This document shows positions 59,305 through 64,000 of a stretch of 64,000 nt of DNA, piece after piece; the stretch's first letter is position 1; every line of letters starts with the position of its first letter. The notes beneath the pieces are model-generated. The model was not told the origin of the DNA and made no database searches. It saw nothing but the letters and a program-made list of their open reading frames with translations. Location of the stretch: contig ML996692.1 in NCBI GenBank assembly GCA_010356995.1, positions 259,933 through 323,932 on the forward strand, given 5' to 3'. The stretch is from Trichodelitschia bisporula. Lineage: Eukaryota. Position numbers and translations under genes: made by a program.

Positions 59305-59520
59305 GACGGGAGCAAAGCTCTAACACAGGCAACGGCAACTGTGTTAACTCAAGATTGAAGTATAAGAGCAAGAGAGGAAGGGAGTCAGAGGCTCTTGAGA
59401 CTAAATACATAATGCCAAGTATCCTTCATTGCTCCTTCTTCCTGTCATGTGTTTATTACATCATGGCCCTTGGTATGTACCTTCCTGACATAACAACGCT
59501 CCTTCCATGTCCACATCACC
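59305..59520 (+). repeat. Dispersed repeat, copy E
   Basis: GACGGGAGCAAAGCTCTAACAC...GAGACTAAATACATAATGCCAAGT...CTTCCTGACATAACAACGCTCCTTCCATGTCCACATCA. Confidence 0.88.
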
Positions 59521-60031
59521 TTATGCATACTGATATATCGGTCCACGGAGCTTTTGTTTGCGGCGAAGGGGTTCACCTCGCGGGGCCTCAGTGCAGCAAG
59601 AGCACGAAGCTGATTGTACAGAGCTGCGGTACGAAGACCGGAAGACAGTGGTCGTCGGCAGGAAATCGAGTTCAGACTGGCGCCACTGGGACCAGTGCAA
59701 CTGACCAAACCCCGGTCATCATCCAAGCAGCATGCTCAGCAAGAAGCTCGATTCCGGTGCTGATGAGTTCTCCAAAAGGTGAAAAGGCACTCCCATGCCG
59801 CTTCAACCTGTTAATAAGCTTGAGCTTCGAGAAGCCGCCACATGCAAATGCCCGCTTTCCCATTCGTTCTATAAGTAGCCATAAGGCCAAGCAGCGGGCG
59901 GGCGTACACCACCCATCCTCGCTTACAAGCAGTCCAGTCATCACTTTGACTCCATCCGTATCATGCCCGTTAATCCATTCATTCGTCGACGTAATGCTCT
60001 CGTTTCCTCCAACACTTCAACACGGCCCCCT

Positions 60032-60818
60032 TCAAGCCCAAGCCCGAACCCTCAACCCCCTCCTCCCCCTCCTCCCCTCCCCCTCCCACTCCATCCCCTG
60101 CATCGGCCCCTCCCCCGCCCTAACCCCAACCAACCCCTCAACCCTCGCACTCCTCATCCCCTTCTCCACCGCCCTCTGCCGGACCGTCTCCCCCTCCGTC
60201 TCCAAATCCTGTATAACCCCCGCACAAACATCCCACCACGCCTTCAGCGCCTCTCGCAGCTGTGGCAGTGCCCCCGGGCGCAGATCCCGTAGAGGTGCAA
60301 GGGAGTGCACGATGACGCGCTGGCCCTGCGCATCCAGGCTGGCGCTCATCAAGCCCGCGTAGATGGACGAGGTGAGGAGGGCTTCGAGCTCGCGGGTGTC
60401 GGCGAGCCTGAGGGCGGTAGTTAGGGAGGGGTATGTGCTGCTCCCCGGCTGGGAGAGGAGGGTGAGGAGAGTGAGGAGGCGGAGCTTGTGGGCTTGGGGC
60501 TCGGTGAGAGGCGGCAGAGCCGGAGTATCTGTTTGCATGAGTGGGATGTTGGAGGTACTGCTAAGATGGGAGCCTACCATGGTACTCCCGCCACGTGCCC
60601 CAGGCAAAAAGCTCCAGCACACGGTAATACACAGCCCATTCACCCGCACTGTCACGCAGGGCCTGGACGGTGGGCGTGCGGAGCAGCTCGGCGAAGACGT
60701 AGACGTGGGGTGCGGAGGTGGCTTGGGTGATTAGGTCGGCGGCGGCGCGGGGGGTGGTTGCGTTTTTGCTGAGGATGAGATATGGCTCTAGGGCTGAGAG
60801 GGCGCGTTGTTGTTCCAT
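60032..60818 (-). CDS. csnG: COP9 signalosome subunit 7 (PCI domain)
   Basis: ALEPYLILSK..AAADLITQATSAPHVYVFAELL..LELFAWGTW|..KLRLLTLL..RELEALL..IYAGL..LRDL; intron 60577-60529. Confidence 0.9.
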
Positions 60819-61965
60819 TGTGAAGTTGAAGAAGAGGAGGATTGAGAGTGTGAGGTTGAGGAGCTGGGGAGTGGTAGCAGATGGAGGTGAGGTACAATAC
60901 GGTAGCTTGAAGGTTGTGGCGCGTGGGGAGCTTATCGATTAGAACTAGGACTAGATGTGGCTGTGGTAGGGGAACGTGGGGGAAGAAGCAGCGACGCGTC
61001 GCGACCGTACCTCAACCACCAGCCAGATCATTCTTGACTGCGGGGAGCAAACAACCTCAAACACCTGCTCATCAAGCCGTGTGGTACTCAGATCGACTGT
61101 TATGCTACTGCGCGACATTCAAATGAAGCTCTCTTTAAAGTACCGCCCTCAGGGGTCTTTGTCCTCACGCGATCGAGCGCTAGGATATCATTTAGGGTCA
61201 CAGTTGCTATTCTCCTCTCTACCTCGTGCTTAGAGACGAAGGCCGAGACGAGGGTACTACGCTAGGATCCCGGAGAGCACGAATGCGAGCTGCTGCGCTG
61301 GTCAAGTTGATGCTCCAAAACTAATCGGCCAGGACGACGTCAGTGGGCTCTCAATTGTTCGGCGATCGTTACGGTGAAAACCTGATGCTTTGATAGTACA
61401 TGCAGCCCCGGATCGCGGATACGGGACTGCTCATCAGCTCAATAACATTGACACTGTGAGCTTTTATCAACTTAGTAGGGACGAGAAAGCTGGGGCCGGT
61501 ATCGGAATTCACTGCTTTTGGAGCCCGTCCTGACGTCGGCCGACTACCAATCCTACCAGTAAATTAATTTCCTTCCCGAACCTCTACCGAACCTCTGCAG
61601 AAGTCGTATATCGCCCTTATCATGATCAACAGACTCTTATACGACTGTCGGGGGCCCGACGCGGCTAGCACCGGACCCTACCCCGCAGCCCCGCCATGAA
61701 CCGACGTATGCACGTCGCGAATACGAAATCATCCCCAGCTGCGATATACGCCATCGCGCCCTTTGACATCTTGAGAGGTGCATTGTCCAATCATTAAGCT
61801 GCCGGGGGTGCGTGTGCTACTTAAGCACCTCCAAGGCTACGGTGAGGAAGCATCTCGGCGTGACTCGATCGAGGTGAGTCAGGTCTATATAGCCGAAGAG
61901 GTGACTGGCACTTGGTCGTCCTTCAACTGTAGGCCAAACCCTGTCGCGTTGGAACTACAACCGAG

Positions 61966-63426
61966 ATGGCGCCCCACGAGACGAGCACCGCCGCCGAGCT
62001 CCCCATCCACACCAAAGATGCCACCCCATCGGAGAAGAAGTTCGGCAAAGCGCTTCGGGACGACTTCCTCTTCGCCCCGACCTTCAAGAACCTAAACCAT
62101 GGTACTCCCCTCCCCCCTCCTCACCCCCCTATCTAACCCTCAGGCTCCTTCGGCACCTACCCCGCGCCCGTCCGCACCGTCCTGCACTCCTTCCAATCCG
62201 CCGCCGAATCCCGCCCCGACCCCTTCATCCGCTACACCTACAAAGAAGCGCTCGACTCCTCCCGCGCCGCCCTAGCAACCACCTTCAACGCCCCTGTCGA
62301 GTCCCTCGTCTTCGTCCCCAACGCGAGCACAGGCGTCAACACCGTGTTGCGCAACCTGGTTTTCGCCCCTGGGGACGCGGTCGTGTATTTTAGCACCATA
62401 TACGGCGCGTGCGAAAAGGCCGTGCTGTACATTGCGGAGACAACGCCCGCCAAGGCTGTACGGATTGAGTACACGCAGCCCGTGGAGGATGCATGGCTCG
62501 TCGATGCCTTGCGCAACGCGGTGCGCGACGTCGAGGCCGAAGGCGGGAAAGTGCGCGTCGCGATTTTCGATACAATTACCAGTATGCCCGGCGTGCGGAT
62601 GCCGTTCGAAGACCTCATCGCCACATGCCGCTCACTCGGCGTCTTGAGCCTCGTAGACGCAGCGCACGGCGCGGGGCAAATCCCACTCGATCTCGGGAAG
62701 CTGGACCCGGATTTCCTGGTCAGCAATTGCCATAAGTGGATGTTTGTCCCGCGCGGCTGCGCGCTGTTTTACGTCCCTGTAAGGAATCAGCATCTTATGC
62801 GGTCGACGCTGCCGACGTCGCATGGGTTTGAGCCGGCGCCGCGGTATGTCCCGCGCGTATGCTACGTCGCTTCTCTGGCTAACTGGGTTAGGGAGGGCGT
62901 GGCTGCCCCGAAGAATCCCCTTCCGAAGTCGAGTAAATCGACCTTTGTGACGAATTTCGAGTTCGTGGGCACGATTGATAATGCGCCATACCTGTGTGTG
63001 CCGGCTGCGCTGAAGTACCGCGCAGAGCTCGGCGGTGAAGACGCTATATATGCCTATTTGGAGAAATTAGCGAGGGAGGGCGGGGCGCTGGTTGCGAAGG
63101 AGCTGGGCACGGAGGTGCTGGAAAATAAGGCGGGGACGCTGCAGCGGTGCGCGTTTGCGAATGTAAGGCTGCCGCTAGCGCGGGCGGATGTAGAGAAGTG
63201 GGCGGAGAAGGGGAACGAACCGGGGGTTGAGATAAGGGTTATTGGGCATTTGGAACGGCGAGCGATGGATGAGTTTGATACGTTCTTTGCCATTTGCTGG
63301 TATGCGGGCGCTTGGTGGGTTAGACTGAGCGCGCAGGTGTACCTCGATATCGCAGATTTTGAGTGGGCGGCGAGTGTATTGAAGACGCTGTGTGGGGGGT
63401 TGGGAGAGTTGGAGGGTTTGGAGTAG
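61966..63426 (+). CDS. PLP-dependent class-V aminotransferase (hercynylcysteine sulfoxide lyase Egt2 / LolT-like)
   Basis: NLNH|GSFGTYP, VDAAHGAGQ, SNCHKW (PLP lysine) and VRLSAQVYLD; introns 62102-62143 and 62844-62891. Confidence 0.9.
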
Positions 63427-64000
63427 ATGGGAGGCTTTTGGGTTTCGTGGCTGGTTAGTGGAGAATACGGTATACGGTATTCGTTGAGACGAGGCTGACA
63501 TTACATCTCGCGATCGCGATATCGGTGGCTCGTGTTCGTGCATGTGGCTTGCCCTACCCCAGCCCCACAACGCTTCAACGGCACAAGCCTCGCACAAGCA
63601 TTCTGGCGCCGGGAACTAGCCCTCGTGTGGAGCATCGTCACACGTCTCGATCCCTATCTTGAGTCCATTGTTACCCCATCTCATCCCTAATCTCATCTCG
63701 TATCCCAACGCCATCACCATCACCATGACGAAACTCAAAAAGACGGCAAGAAAACGAATATGAAATGGCGATACCCCGTCCTCCACCACCCCATTAACCT
63801 AAACCTTGTTCTGCAAGCGGGCTTGGCCTACACCAGCGGCGCGCCCGCCCCACAGCGCCTCGGCAACGTCTCCACGCACGACAGGGGCTCCAACGTTCAA
63901 GTCATCGATAACTTCCCCGCATTACCGCATCACCGCATCCCGCGATCGACACTCACGTGCTGCTTTGTGGGACACTGCTCGCATGCGAAGCACGGGATAG

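Noticed and set aside
59355..60362. 335-aa + strand ORF after ROK1
   Set aside because: It starts inside repeat copy E with a non-ATG codon and runs antisense to CSN7; no domain is recognisable.
16505..63426. Secondary-metabolite cluster (SDR, EthD, oxygenase, GH1, PLP enzyme)
   Set aside because: No PKS, NRPS or terpene backbone gene; the enzymes are scattered among housekeeping genes.

Overview
GC-rich genomic DNA from a filamentous ascomycete (Pezizomycotina, probably Dothideomycete-like), with short GT-AG spliceosomal introns and CTAAC/CTGAC branch sites. About 17 recognisable or clearly coding genes lie here: a HET-domain protein, RAD50, White collar-2 (PAS+GATA), an uncharacterised protein, SLX9, an HSD10-like SDR, UTP11, an EthD-like protein, a GPI cell-wall protein, END3, a PAF-acetylhydrolase, a 2OG-Fe(II) oxygenase, a bZIP factor, a GH1 beta-glucosidase, a Ccc2-type Cu-ATPase, ROK1, CSN7 and an Egt2/LolT-like PLP enzyme. 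Between them are islands of decayed genes. Five observations stand out. (1) An unannotated ~220-bp dispersed repeat occurs five times; three copies start within ~20 nt of a stop codon on the gene's sense strand. (2) The 2OG-Fe(II) oxygenase has a 30-aa hydrophobic uORF, a leader intron and a 1008-nt, apparently structured intron with a possible poison exon. (3) A decayed island holds patatin (GTSTGG) and HET relics that the ORF track misses. (4) Most genes show a strong 5' C-rich to 3' G-rich gradient. (5) Two ORF-less regions show the same gradient and may be non-coding transcripts. All calls were made by eye; no searches or folding were run.
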